Source: Squalus acanthias (lineage: Eukaryota). From it: a stretch of DNA of 64,000 nucleotides. Position numbers and translations under genes: made by a program. The stretch covers positions 43,834,001 through 43,898,000 of the forward strand of contig CM059434.1 in the NCBI GenBank assembly GCA_030390025.1, given 5' to 3'. This document shows positions 38,680-51,650 of the stretch, piece after piece (the first letter of the stretch is position 1; every line of letters begins with the position of its first letter). Under the pieces are notes generated by a model. It searched no databases, was not told where the DNA came from, and saw only the letters and a program-made list of their open reading frames with translations.

Positions 38680-40045
38680 GAGGGCAGCCAGATATTGCAG
38701 CGGTCTGGAACCGGCGGGCTTCCCCGGGGCACTGAGTTTCCAGCCGCAGCCCACCGGTCCGATGCAAATGAGGCCCGGTCTTCAAAATGGACCAGGCCTT
38801 TCAGCCAACCTGCCCCCCCACCCCGGGTTCCGCTCTGAGGTAAAAGTCCATCACAAAGGGATGCAGACAATTAAAGGGAAGTGTCAAAATAGGGGGACAA
38901 AAATCCTTACTCAGAAGGCATTTCACCCATTGACATCCTTTGAAGAGGGGGAGGATGAAGAAGTGACAAGCAAAAGTGAAGTGGAAGGAAAACCAAGGTG
39001 TAGGCTTGAGTCTGCATGCAAACAATGCTGTAGCTGAGCACTTGCCCACCTCTTAGATCGCTACATGAGATGGTTGTGAGAAGGGTGGCCCTGCTTGCCA
39101 CTCTACAGCACCATCACCATAGGTCAACATTGCAGCATGCCTGCAAGGAGTTGGAGGTAGGTACTGCCACTGGCTGTGCTAATCCTACGCTCCATGGTAA
39201 CTGCAGGTGTGTTAATGGAAGATGGCACAGCTCTGATTCTTGCTCTCTGATGATCCAATGACAGTTCCCCACAGTCATCGCCAGATGGCTGACTTCACAT
39301 ATGGTTGCAGGTATCTTGGCAGATATGGACAATCAGGCAATGCCAGCTGTTGGCGAGGCTGGCATGGCTCCTTTCACATAGTACCAGTGCAGACATGACA
39401 TGTTGTGAATGGGGCACTTCTGAGGAAGTATCCAGTATCCAGATTAGTCAGGCATTCAAACGTTTTATTTCTGCCAGCTAGTCTGCTATCCCAGCTTCCT
39501 TTGGGAATAGGAGCCTCAGCATGCACTAATCCGCTGCCAAAATGAAGTATAGGAACCTCTGACTGCAGATAAGGATGTGCGAGTCAGGCAGGTGAAGAAC
39601 ACACACCTCTGGTGCAGCCGGACCTGCCGAGCAACTCTCCATTGGTCCTCTTCTTTTACCAAAAAGATCAGATAGGGGGAATTCTCTTTGGGAAGCCCAT
39701 TGGTTTCACTTACAGTGCTGGTGGTAAAAAGACACTGGGCACAAAGGGCTCATGAGAATCTATGCACCAGAAGAAATGAACAACCACAGTCAGGAAATGG
39801 CTGAAACACACTTACCTTAACATACCTGCGTCATTTCAATGAACTTCCATACACTGAGCACTATCAAGCAACCCTGGATGCACATTTCATGCTTGAAGTC
39901 AAATTTCCAAGAAATGCAAGTTTGCACCATACGTGCTAATTGCGTAAGAAATAGACACATAAATTGGGAGGACATACAGTGATATAGATATATGCCCACT
40001 TTTCCTGATTTACAGGCAGGTGACTCTGTTTGTAAAATCCAGGTT
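38680..40045. mobile_element. Decayed PIF/Harbinger transposon 1
   Basis: Minus ORF 39114-39332 contains SHLAMT..C...ESELCHL...LQ...AQPVAV, resembling the HARBI1-type transposase N-terminus; plus-strand KGKCQN...HPLTSFEE (38873-38947) resembles the Myb/SANT partner. Boundaries uncertain. Confidence 0.5.
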
Positions 40046-40089
40046 TTTATGAATATATATCTCCCAATTGTTAATATAAAACCTATGTC

Positions 40090-41878
40090 AATTGAATTGG
40101 CAGAGATTTATATTGTTGTATCTCCTCCCAAGTTATGTCTAAATACCTCCTGCAACTAAGATACACTGGTAGGCGTGGGAGGTAGAAAATAGAGCAGGGG
40201 TCATGAAGAGAGCGGGTCTGGAATAAGTTTAGCAATCGTGGCAGAGCAAACAATGTTAGCTATCTGCTCCCCTGACCCTTCCTTGCAGTCTCCTTATATG
40301 GGTGGCACTCTTTCATTTATTACCCTCGTGGTGCCAGAGGAGTCCGATATGAAAGAGGAATCTGACAGCAGGGTGCAAAGGCTTTGCAGAAGTCAATCCC
40401 TGGCTCTGAAGCCTGTGGTCTCAGACCTCTTGGTGTTTGCTCTAAAAAGGATGCTGGATAGAGGAGCTGGCACAGATGGTAGTGGTCACAGCGAAGTCCG
40501 CTGCTATCCTCCGACCCAATAACTGAGAAGGATTCAACATAATGCAGTGCTACCTGGAGTGGGTGGTAGCATCATGAGCACTTGCATCCGTACTCCCTGA
40601 CAGAGAGGCCTGCAGACCAGTCAGTGCATCCAAGATGGATGCTTTGACCACTGGCCTTTAGGCCTTGGGGGACCATTTGGAGAGAATTATGGAAAGTGGC
40701 TTCCAAGAGCTTTGGGATGACAGCTCTCAGGGTCTGAAAAACCTAACTGATGCTCACTGATGCCATCAGGTCTACCCTTTCACTGACCAGTGTGCAGTCA
40801 GATGCAGCATCCAGCACAAGTGATGTATCCAGAATCCACATTCATGATGCTACCCTCTCTCCCCGATGACAGCTCAGATGTCTGCTTATGTAGATATCAG
40901 GATACAGGACCAGACTGCTCACGTACCTGCAGTGGTGACACAGGCTGCTAAAGAGTCTGCCCCATCTTTGAGATGAGGGTCACCTCAGTCCCAGCAGGTT
41001 CATGATACCATAGCGCAGCCAAGCATCACTGACATTTCTGGCCCTCAGACGGCACCTCAGTGGAGTACTAGAATAGTTTAATAACAACACAGAGAGGTAC
41101 CAGGGGTGGGGATGGTGGTAATAGGAAGTACGCTGCTTTGTGATATAAAGTATAGTGTTTGTGAAGTAAGTTGGTTCTTTGTTTTTTATGTTTAAGAGGA
41201 TGTTTGGTGGTGAGTTTTAACAAGAAACAGAGTTCCTTCTGTGCCTTCTTACTGCACTGTTGCCTCCTTAAGCAGACCTCTTCTGAGACATGATGGAGGA
41301 AGCAGCATGGCCTGTAGCCTCGAGGGAAGGGTACCTCCTCGTTGGTCTCCTTTTAGTTAGCCGTATCCTGTATTGCCACTCTCATTTACTCTTTCTCCTG
41401 CTCTTTTTTACCTCCATCATAAGAACATAGGGCTCCATGACAGTAGGGTGGGCAAAAAAGATTTCCCTGCTGAAACTGCTAAAAGGAAGTTTGCAGGATT
41501 CTTTCTCAGTTGCAGAGTTGGGAAAGGATTTTTCCACTTACTTCAGTGAAAGCTGATGTTTCCTACAAAGTTTGTGGATATTCAAAGCCTGTCAGCACGA
41601 TCACATCCTGGTTTGAGAAGTCATGAAGGTAACTGACCCCTCTCTTCGACCAACTTAAATCAAATCAGGTGAAATTCTGGTGTAAATGGCAGACAGCAGA
41701 TTTGGCCTTCACTCTCCTGTCATTTGCATCCTTGTGCCAATCTTCTGCCTGCAGCCAAATCTACCAGAATTTAATGCGTATTTTAGAATCTCTGACATTT
41801 CTGAATTACAGCCCAAATTCCAATCACCTATGCCAAAACTATATTACTTCTGCATAAAAAAAATGGAGTTCCTGGCCC
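40090..41878. mobile_element. Decayed PIF/Harbinger transposon 2
   Basis: Minus 41215-41438 reads RRYP/PRGYRP...VSEEVCLRRQQCSKKAQKELCFLL (transposase N-terminus); TIR-like right end ggagttcctggccc. Left boundary uncertain. Confidence 0.55.
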
Positions 41879-42539
41879 ATATTTTGCAGATTGGCTTTAT
41901 TTGAGGTGCTTGCTAGTCACCTACACACGTCCGCTGCGAATCATTGCAATGAGAGAGTAGGAAGCACTGCTTTCCTGGCCACTCAAACCTATTGGAACTG
42001 AAGTGCTCGGCTGGAGCACAGCTGGAAGCAACTCCACAGTCCTGCCCTGCCTGCTTAAGCCTGACTTGCTGGAATTACTGCAGCACATTCCAGTGTCATG
42101 CTTAGTAAACATATAGGATAGTGGGTCAGGCCAGTAAAAGAGCCAGAACTTACAAGCACCACAGGCTTGTGTGTGGTGTGTAGATCTTCTCCATCAAATG
42201 GAAAAAGACGTTGATTGCAAACCAAGCACTTCTGTTTATTATAGAGAATGAAATCATTTCAGCACACTCTGTGCAGCACAGACTGTTGTGAGATAATTTG
42301 TAAGTGTACATTATTGTTTTATTAGCATTCCCAGTCCACCTATTCTAATTAGTGGAATTACTGTGCAAATTAGATACAGGAAGGACATGAAGGGATGGCA
42401 GCTTAAATGTTGTTCGAAAACAAATGCCCACAAAAAGAATTAAAAGCGGGATTGTTACTATTTTTGCAGTGCGGAGGTGATCCCATTTTGTGCAAGCTAC
42501 ATGATGAAGTTTTAATTCATCTGAGGATTCTCCCCACCC

Positions 42540-42930
42540 TCCCACCGCCCCGCCCACTCCTCAATGTTCTCCCCCCTACTCCTGCGGGAACTGATCAGTG
42601 ACACATGATTCCATGGCTGCCAGCAACCCTTCAGTACCTCACCCAAGTAGCCATGTGTGAGCCAAGACAGTGTCAGCAATCCAACTCAACTATGGAAAAT
42701 ATCACAGCCAAGCCCAGTCCGGTCTTCAACGATGCCCACACTGTCCAATGGGGGTGGTTGGATAGCAATCAGAAGTGGGAATGGTGACTGTTTTTTAAAA
42801 AAAAACTCAGCAATACTGAAGCCAATTGCAGAGTTTCACCCCAACTCTGGCTGAGATCAGATGACTGAGATGTGGGATCTTTCTGGTCTCCATAATTCAG
42901 TAACTCATCAAGTGGTGCATGTAACCCCTG
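42540..42930 (-). mobile_element. Old SINE family A
   Basis: cagtacctcacccaagtagcc..tgtgtgagccaagacagtg...gaagccaattgca...ggctgagatcag. Confidence 0.65.
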
Positions 42931-43339
42931 AACCTCAGGATAGATTGATAATATTTTTCATCAAGAATTTTAAAAAACATTTAAAAAAAGCTTTTCTTCC
43001 TACTTTTAGAAGAATGAAAATGTGCAACCATATACTAGTCATCTATGGGATGTGACATTTAATCAGTTACTAAGTTAGATTTTCCTCTACTCGGCTCCTC
43101 TGGAATTGGCATTCCCCAGGCACAGGGAAGAGAAAAAAGGGGAGTAGACCCAGATCTCCACCCCCATCGTGCTGCCCTGGGATTTCCTACTGTTTCCCCA
43201 CTGGAATAACTGGGCCTGTGCCTGTAGTAGGTGCATTGTTGTTATAAATTGATGGGAGGAAGTGTTTCCAGCCTCCACTTTCATCTTCTTCCTTCTATGA
43301 CCTTTAGGAACCCGAGCAGAAAGATGTCTGAAGAACCTT

Positions 43340-46300
43340 GGCACAAGTTCCAAACTCCTCCATCACCATCCCTGGGTATGTCCTGTCCCACCGGCAGGAC
43401 AGACCCACCAGGGGTGGTGGCACAGTGGTATACAGTCAGGAAGAAGTGGCCCAGGTCAAGCATGGGCAAGGAAACCTCCTGCTGATTACCACCTACCGCC
43501 CTCCCTCAGCTGACGAATCAGTAATCCTCCATGTTGAAAACCACTTGGAAGAAGCACTGAGAGTAAGTAGCAAGGGCACAGAATGTACTCTGGGTGGGGG
43601 ACTTCAATGTCCATCACCAAGAGTGGCTCGGTAGCACCACTACTGACCGAGCTGGCCGAGTCCTGAAGGACATAGCTGCCAGTCTGGCCCTGCAACAGGT
43701 GGTGAGAGAACCAACACGAGGGAAAAACCTACTTGATCTCATCCTCACCAATCTACCTGTCATAGATGCCTCTCTCCATGACAGCATTGGTAGCAGTGAC
43801 CACCACACAGTCATTGTGGAGACGAAGTCCCGTCTTCACGCTGAGGGCACCTTCCATCGTGTTGTGTGGCACTACCACCAAGCTAAATGGAATAGATTCA
43901 GAACAGATCTAGCAGCTTAGAACTGGGCATCCATGAGGCTCTGTGGGCCATCAGCAACAGCAGAATTGTATTCCACCACAATCTGTAACTTCATGGCCCG
44001 GCATATCCCTCACTCTACCATTACCATCAAGCCAGGGGACCAACCCTGGTTCAATAAGATTGTAGAAGAGCATGCCAGGAGCAGCACCAGATATACCTAA
44101 AAATGCGGTGCCAACCTGGGGAAGCTGCAACACAGGATGACATGCATGCTAAAAAGTGGAAGCAGCATGCTATAGACAGTGCTAAGCAATCCCACAATCA
44201 ATGGATCAGATCAAAGCTCTGCAGTCCTGCCACATCCAGTCATGAATGGTGGTGGACCATTAAACAACTAACGGGAGGAGGAGGCTCCATGAATATCCCC
44301 ATCCTCAATGATGGTGGAGCCCAGCACGTGAGTGCAAAAGACAAAGCTGAAGCGTGTGCAACCATCTTCAGCCAGAAGTGCCGAGTGGATGATCCATATT
44401 AGCCTCTTCCTGAGGTCCCCATCACCACAGAAGCCAGTCTTCAGCCAATTCGATTCACTCCACATGATATCAAGAAACGGCTGAGCGCACTGAATACAAC
44501 AAAGGCTATGGGCCCCGACAACATCCTGGCTATCGTGCTGAAGGTTTGTGCTCCAGAACTAGCCGCGCCTCTAGCCAAGCTGTTCCAGTACAGCTACAAC
44601 ACTGGCATCTATCTGACAACGGAGAAAACTGCCCAGGTATGTCCTGTCCACAAAAAGCAGGACAAATCCAATCCGACCAATTACCGCCCCATCAGTCTAT
44701 TCTCAATCATCAGCAAAGTGATGGAAGGTGTCATCGACAGTGCTATCAAGCGGCACTTACTCACCAATAACCTGCTCACTGATGCCCAGTTTGGGTTCCA
44801 CCAGGACCACTCAGCTCCAGACCTCATTACAGCCTTGGTCCAAACATCAACAAAAGGTGAGAGTGACTGCCCTTGACATCAAGGCAGCATTTGACTGAGT
44901 GTGGCATCAAGGAGCCCTGGTAAAACTGAAGTCAATGGGAATCGGGGGGAAAACGCTCCACTGGCTGGAGTCATACCTAGCACAAAGGAAGATGGTTGTG
45001 GTGGTTGGAGGTCAATCACCACAGCCCCAGGTCATCGCTACAGGAGTTCCTCAGGGCAATACCCTAGGCCCAACTATCTTCAGCTGCTTCATCAATGACC
45101 TTCCCTCCATCATAAGGTCAGAAGTGGGGAAGTTTGCTGATGACTGCACAGTGGTCAGTGCCATTCGCAACTCCTCAGATAATGAAGCAGTCCATGCCCG
45201 CATGCAGCAAGACCTGGACGACATTCAGGCTTGGGCTGATAAGAGGCAGGTAACATTCGCACCACACAAGTGCCAGGCAATGACTATCTCCAAATAGCGA
45301 GCGTCTAACCACCACCCCTTGACATTCAACGGCATTACCATCGCCGAATCCCCCACCATCAATATCCTGGGGGGTTACCATTGACCAGAAACTTAACTGG
45401 ACCAGCCACATAAATACTGTGGCAACAAGAGCAGGTAGAGGCTAGGTATTCTGTGGTAAGTGTCTCGCTCCCTGACTCCCCAAAGCCTTTCCATCATCTA
45501 CAAGGCACAAGTAGAAGTATAGAAGATAGGAGCAGGAGTAGGCCATTCGGCCCCTCGAGCCTGCTCCGCCATTTAATGAGATCATCAGTACCCTGTCCCT
45601 GCTTTCTCCCCATATCCCTTGATCCCTTTAACCTTAAGAAATATATCTATCTCCTTCTTGAATATATTTAATGAATTGGCCTCAACTGCCTTCTGTGGTA
45701 GAGAATTCCACAGGTTCACCACTCTCTGGGTGAAGAAATTCCTCCTCATCTCAGTCCTAAATGGCTTACCCCTTATCCTTAGACTGTGACCTCTGGTTCT
45801 GGACTCCCCCGCCATCGGGAACATCCTTCCTGCATCTAGTCTGTCTAGTCCTGTTGGAATTCTATAAGTTTCAATGAGATCCCCTCTCATTCTTCTAAAC
45901 TTTAGCAAATATAAGCCTAATCGACCCAATCTCTCTTCATACGTCATTCCTGCCATCCCAGGTATCAGTCTGGTAAATCTTCGCTGCACTCCCTCCATGG
46001 CAAGAACATCCTTCCTCGGATAAGGCGACCAAAACTGCACACAATACTCAAGGTGTGGTCTCACCAAGGCCTTGTACAACTGCAGCAAGACATCCTTGCT
46101 CCTGTACTCGAATCCTCTCGCTATGAAGGCCAACATACCATTTGCCTTCTTAACCGCCTGCTGCACCTGCATGCTTACCTTCAGCGACTGGTGCACAAGG
46201 ACTCCCAGATCTCGTTGCACTTCCCCTTTTCCCAATCTATTGCCGTTCAGATAATAATCTGTCTTCCTGTTTTTGCCACCAAAGTGGATAACCTCGCATT

Positions 46301-47722
46301 TATCCACATTATGCTGCATCTGCCCAATCACCCAACCTGTCCAAATCATACTGGAGTCTCTTGCATCCTCCTCACAGCGCACACGCCCACCCAGCATTGT
46401 GTCATCTGCAAACGTGGAGATATTACATCTAGTTCCCTCGTCTAGATCATTAATATATATTGTGAATAGCTGGGGTCCTAGCACCGATCCCTGTGGTACC
46501 CCACTAGTCACTGCCTGCCACTCGGAAAGAGACCCGTTTATTCCAACTCTTTGCTTCCTGTCTGCCAACCAGTTCTCTATCCAAATCAGTACCTCACCCC
46601 CAATCCCATGTGCTTTAACTTTGCACGCTAATCTCTTATGCGGGACCTTATCAAAAGCCTTCTGAAAGTCCAAATACACCACATCCACTGTTTCTCCCTT
46701 ATCTATTTTACCAGTTACATCCTCAAAAAATTCCAGTAGATTAGTCAGGCATGATTTCCCTTTTGTAAATCCATGTTGACTTTGTCCGATCCTGTCACTG
46801 TTTTCCAAGTGCTCTGCTATTACATCTTTTATAATGGACTCTAGCATTTTGCCCACTACCGATGTCAGGCTATAATTCCCCGTTTTTTCTCTACCACCTT
46901 TTTTAAATAGTGGGGTTACATTAGCTACCCTCCAATCCATGTGAACTGTTCCAGAGTCTATAGATATTTGAAAGATGACCAGCAATGCATCTACTATTTC
47001 TAGGGCCACTTCCTTAAGTACCCTAGGATGTAGATTATCAGGCCCTGGGGATTTATCAGCCTTCAATCCCGTCAATTTCCCTAACACCATTTCCCGACAA
47101 ATAGTGATTTCATTCAATTCCTCCCTCTCATTAGACCCTATGTTACCCGACATCTCTGGGAGTTTATTTGTATCCTCCTTTGTGAAGACAGAACCAAAGT
47201 ATGTACCAAAGTAAGGAGTGTGATGGAATACTCTCCACTTGCCTGGATGAGCGCAGCTCCAACAACACTCAAGAAGCTCGACACCATCCAAGACAAAGCA
47301 GCCCACTTGATTGGCACCCCATCCACTACCTTAAACATTCACTCCCTCCACCACTGGCGTACCGTGGCTGCAGTGTGTACCATCTATAAGTTGCACTGTA
47401 GCAACTCGCCAAGGCTTCTTCGGTAGCACCTCCCAAAACCGCAACCTCTTCCATCTAGAAGGACAACGGCAGCAGGCGCATGGGAACACCACCAGCTCCA
47501 AGTTCCCCTCCAAGTCACACACCATCCTGACTTAGAAGTAGATCACCGATCCTTCATCGTCGCTGGGTCCCTCCCTAACAGCACTGTGGGAGTACCTTCA
47601 CCACACAGACTGCAGTGGTTCAAGAAGGCGGCTCATCACCACCTTCTCAAGAGCAACTAGGGATGGGTAATAAATGCTGGCCTCGCTAGCGATGCCCACA
47701 TCCCCTGAACGAATAAAAAAAA
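43340..47722 (+). mobile_element. CR1-group LINE (APE endonuclease plus RT), interrupted by an antisense CR1
   Basis: GDFNVHH, PTRGKNLLDLIL and SDH (endonuclease); NYRPISL, QFGF, GVPQG and FADD (RT); continues after 47213 to an A-rich end at about 47722. Confidence 0.93.
45514..47208 (-). mobile_element. 5'-truncated CR1 LINE nested in the CR1-group LINE
   Basis: Supplies most of the 573-aa ORF (KSPGPD, LDFQKAFDKVPH, FADDT, WNSLP); flanked by AAGTA at 45509-45513 and 47209-47213. Confidence 0.95.
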
Positions 47723-48215
47723 TAATGATCTGCCTCCAGATGCCCATGCAGCTGAGTGTTTGTGGGAGTTCCAGGGCAAGATGAAGACATTATGGCCCCC
47801 CTCCAAGGATTTTTAAGTAAAGTTTCAAAGTACCATAACTTAATTAAATTTCTGTATTTGAAAGCACAATACAATTTTCTCCAAATGATAAGCTTTAAAG
47901 AACCATATAACTTCACAAAGGATGATGAGATCTGAAAGATTCCAATAATGACATATTCCAGACATATATCAGCAGAACAGTCAATTCAAATCAGACTTCA
48001 AGTTTTATTTTCACCGGCATAAATTAGTGATATCAAGAAATCATAATCAATACCAGACAATAGTTCCCCATTTTCATATGTATGTTATTAAGATTGAACT
48101 CCATTACTCTATCCTCAACCATCACCTGCTTTTAGAGTTTCAGGAGCCCAATACAGAGCTCCCCCAAGAGCTTAATGAGTAAATACACAGAGTAGTACTG
48201 AACCATACAGACCAG

Positions 48216-48382
48216 GGAGTAAAAATTCCTTTGTACATTACTGATAATGACTCTGTTTGCTATTTTAACGAAGTCTTTAATCCATTTATTTTAAATATCT
48301 TTGTTAAAATAGCAAACAGAAGAATTTTACCAAACACATTCATCAGTTCATTCTAAGTAGCCCGCGGAGGAATTTCTAACCC
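48216..48382. mobile_element. Short MITE
   Basis: 15-bp TIRs GGAGTAAAAATTCCT and AGGAATTTCTAACCC (12/15 match); flanks CAG and TAG; internal tctgtttgctattttaac / gttaaaatagcaaacaga inverted repeat. Confidence 0.75.
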
Positions 48383-48491
48383 TAGGACGGTTTAGGCTCC
48401 ATCCTCAATCTGTGCTGCGCTAGCTGATCTGATCCAGGATGTCCCTAGGGGTGCTGCAATTGGCCTCAGCCAGGACTCCTGCTCCTCATTC

Positions 48492-48752
48492 ACTACTACA
48501 AATGATGGCCTACTCCACCAATGGGAGCGTGGCGGTGTGCGTGCGACATTCCCTGCCTTCTCTGTCTTGCGTGTAGTGCCATGCAGCGTGGCAGCATAAA
48601 CTGAGCTTCTTTAAGGTCCTGCTTGACTGCGTGGGTCCAAGTGGTTCTCGATCGGCCTCGAGATCTACGCCGATCTGAAAGGAGCCTTGATTAGGATGGC
48701 TGCGGGGGCTCTCCCCACCTCAAAGTTCTCATCGGACCGGGCGGTCAATATC
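48492..48752 (-). mobile_element. RTE-clade LINE 3' fragment
   Basis: Minus strand RRSRGRSRTTWTHAVKQDLKE...TQDRE resembles the RTE C-terminal RxRGRPxxTW...DL...AQDRxxW motif; ends in a short gtagtagtg tail. Confidence 0.65.
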
Positions 48753-50084
48753 GAGTGATTTCTGCTGCAAAGTGCACACGGTTGGATATCAAATGAGGAT
48801 AGGCACTGCTGTGTTGTCCCTTAGAGTTAAATTGCCTGTCACTGCTTGTTGTCTAGGGTCACACATGAAGAATGGCCAATTGGTGAGGTACTGGAAGGCT
48901 TCCAGCTCCTTTCGAGCCGAAGACTAAAAAAAAAACTTCTAATCACAAACAGTGCAAAAGACTCTCATTACGCGGAGCTGGCGATCCGTTTCCTCCATGG
49001 TTATATATTCCTCACTGACCTGATGAATAACTTTCACATTTAGGGCTAGAGATATGTGGAAAGGAAGTGGTTTTCATTTCGAAATTTGTTAGAAATCTCA
49101 TCATGTGGCTGTTAACCATAATGTGCCATTCACAAGCCTCACCCATCGCACCGTGGCAAGCCGCCAACACAACTGTCAGACAGAGTCATAAGATTCCGTG
49201 TGTTATTGTAATCCCATGCAACAGGAACAAGCCAATGTCGAAATTTTCCAACATGGAACAATGGCTTATTCAAGCAGCAGCCTAGAAACAAATATGGGGC
49301 CCTTTTATTTTTTAATGTGCTGGGATACTTCCGATATGAGTAAATGAACAGCAATTACACCCAGAGTTCAGGCAGTTTGCAGCCTGAATAAATCCCTTCA
49401 TTAGATCGACCCACATCCTAATGTTATACCGTCCTGTACCGTTACACAGTAAGCCCCACAATGCAGACCCACTGCCCAGGGATCAAACAGGGGCATTACC
49501 GTCTGAAGACACAGTTGAATTTTGATAAATACCGAACTGGTTTGCCAAGAAATTACATGCTTTCTATAGACTCTGGAATAAAGGTGGCCAATTTGTAGCT
49601 CTTTTGCACCAGGGCCCAGTTTAATCATTCACTCCGCTATTCAATTTAGGCAAAAACAACAGAAACAGATTTGACGCACAGAATAATCTGATTCAACTTC
49701 TAAAATGTGCTGCTGGCTCCTGATGAAGTTTACATTGGACGAACTATATTTAGAGAAATGGACATTTAAAACCGGATCGCTAGAGAACATTTTATGGTTG
49801 GATCTGGAATTCTTTAATCTTGCTTTTAGGTCAGGAATTCTGTACAATGGGATTGTCAGGATGTGCCCATGTCCACTGGATCAGCTGTGCTTTTATCTGA
49901 ACATGACTTCATTAACTTTATTATGTTTTTTATTTTACAATATAGGACAAAAGAAAAACACAGACTTTAACAATAACTCTATTGTTAGTGCCCCTGGATT
50001 AAGAAGAGGAAAATTCAGCAAGGGTAAAAAAAAAAATCAGCAACGTAAAAAAAAAATCAGCAAATGTTCTCAATTACTGCTCCT

Positions 50085-50420
50085 CCTAGGATTAGGGTCA
50101 AAAAGTGGAACTTACCTGGGTCTTTTCTGGCCATAACTCTGCCTGTTGCCAGGTTACACTGCCAGGCCTGGTACTGAGCATCCCTGCCACGATCGGCAGT
50201 TAAAATCACATCGGGGTCCAAACGATGTAATTGGACCCCGACTTTTAAATATTTATGAGGCTCCCGCCTACCTGTGGCAGGCAGCCCCAGCGCTGCCAAA
50301 AACCTGCCAGTTAAAATGGCGGCACGCCATGAATGCATCAGGGAAAGCGATGAGAATTAACCCAACCGCCATTTTAAGCACCCACCCTGCTGCTGGGCAG
50401 GCAGGGTTAAAATTGAGTCG
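50085..50420. mobile_element. Partial MITE related to the element at 12144-12772
   Basis: Shares ggcagttaaaa blocks; TIR-like end gggttaaaattgagtc. Confidence 0.55.
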
Positions 50421-50982
50421 ATAGTTTCCCAAACAGCAAGGGCTGATTTCTACTTATATCTTTATCTACATGGATCCAATCAATTGTCGATATAACTATA
50501 ATCTGTTCTTAGGAAAGAATTTTAGATACAAGTTATCTGCTTTACTGATCTATTTTAGATATATATGTTATTTATAGGGCCGATTCCTCACGCCTCGAGA
50601 CAACGCCTCCAGGATCACTTCGCACACGAGCACACTCACATAACTGGAGTGGGAGCTGACCTGATTAGATTCATCGAGATCAGTTAATTTAATAATTTAC
50701 TTGAGCTCCCCGCGCAGCTTGTGCCTTGTACAAGGAATTTAATAAAGGGAGGCCTGCTGATTCCAGAGTATATTAAAGGGATGTGGCCAATTAAAGGTAA
50801 TGACAGCATACATAGGGCCATAGGGGATAAAAATATTGGAGCTTTTTCAAGACTCAAAATGGTCACAACAATTTTCCACCTTGGCAAAGATTGCATGGAG
50901 AGGAAGGAAAAGAACTGATGGAGAAAAGTCAAAAGGACAGACAACATAACATGGAGGCACAAAAGAGAGAATCTGTGGGCAA

Positions 50983-51212
50983 ATGGCAGAGTGGCACTTA
51001 CACCCTTTTAGATGACTGGCAAAATGGAGATTCTGCTGCAAGTGGATACAATGAGGCCTACCCTGCTTGGCATTCCAAGGCAACTTCCCTAGAGGATATC
51101 AGTGCACCATGTCTGGCAGGGTGTAGCTGCCAGACTGAACATTGTCTATGGTACCTGCAGGACCTGAAAACAGATATGGAAGACGACAGCACAGTTTAAG
51201 GAATCTGGCAAG
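50983..51212 (+). pseudogene. Decayed Myb/SANT-like exon of Harbinger transposon 3
   Basis: MEILLQV...LLG...VWQGVAARLNIVYGTCRT*KQIWK...GK|gtaag; in-frame stops and a frameshift. Confidence 0.7.
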
Positions 51213-51309
51213 GTAAGACTAACCAACAGTACCATGTACCAGATATAAGGCCAAGCCGTCGCATAACCTTACAGCTCTTTCATTGAATCGCACACATATT
51301 GGTACCTCA

Positions 51310-51635
51310 GTACATACAAGAGGCAACACGCAAATGAAAGCCTTGCCATGCTTACATCTTCCAGGTGCTTCATTATTGAACTTTGGGAAATGCACCAATG
51401 TGGTGATCTTGGGTATGTGTGCCACAATATTCAGTGGGAAAGGAGATAAAAGTATAGGCCATGTTGACCAATGCATCAGTCACCTTTTTGACCCATACAG
51501 TGCCTGATATTTTATTGCCTGCTGGGAATAAGTGGTGAGCATAATAATTGAGAGCAGTGTGATTGTGCTATGTGCCAAATTTGCAGCACATGTCCTTGCT
51601 GCAGATGACAAAGTTCTCTCTTGCTGACCTGAGGT
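51310..51635 (-). pseudogene. Decayed HARBI1-type transposase of Harbinger transposon 3
   Basis: ELCHL, KVTDALVNMAYTFISFP, FPKVQ and GFH..LVC remnants in the expected order. Confidence 0.7.
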
Positions 51636-51650
51636 AGTTGTCCTGAGTAT

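Larger units (their letters stand above)
48160..48910 (+). mobile_element. Old SINE family A carrying two nested insertions
   Basis: Family blocks aaccatacagaccag, tagctgatct...attggcctcagc and agtga..tgctgcaaagtg...cacacatgaagaatggcc are collinear once the insertions are removed. Confidence 0.7.

Noticed and set aside
45585-47306. 573-aa ORF as an active RT or novel gene
   Set aside because: 5'-truncated CR1 lacking the endonuclease, with small deletions and a locally shifted segment; the N-terminus is antisense host LINE.
49705-50136. 143-aa ORF
   Set aside because: No recognisable domain, runs through poly(A) tracts into a MITE and is antisense to SOX6.
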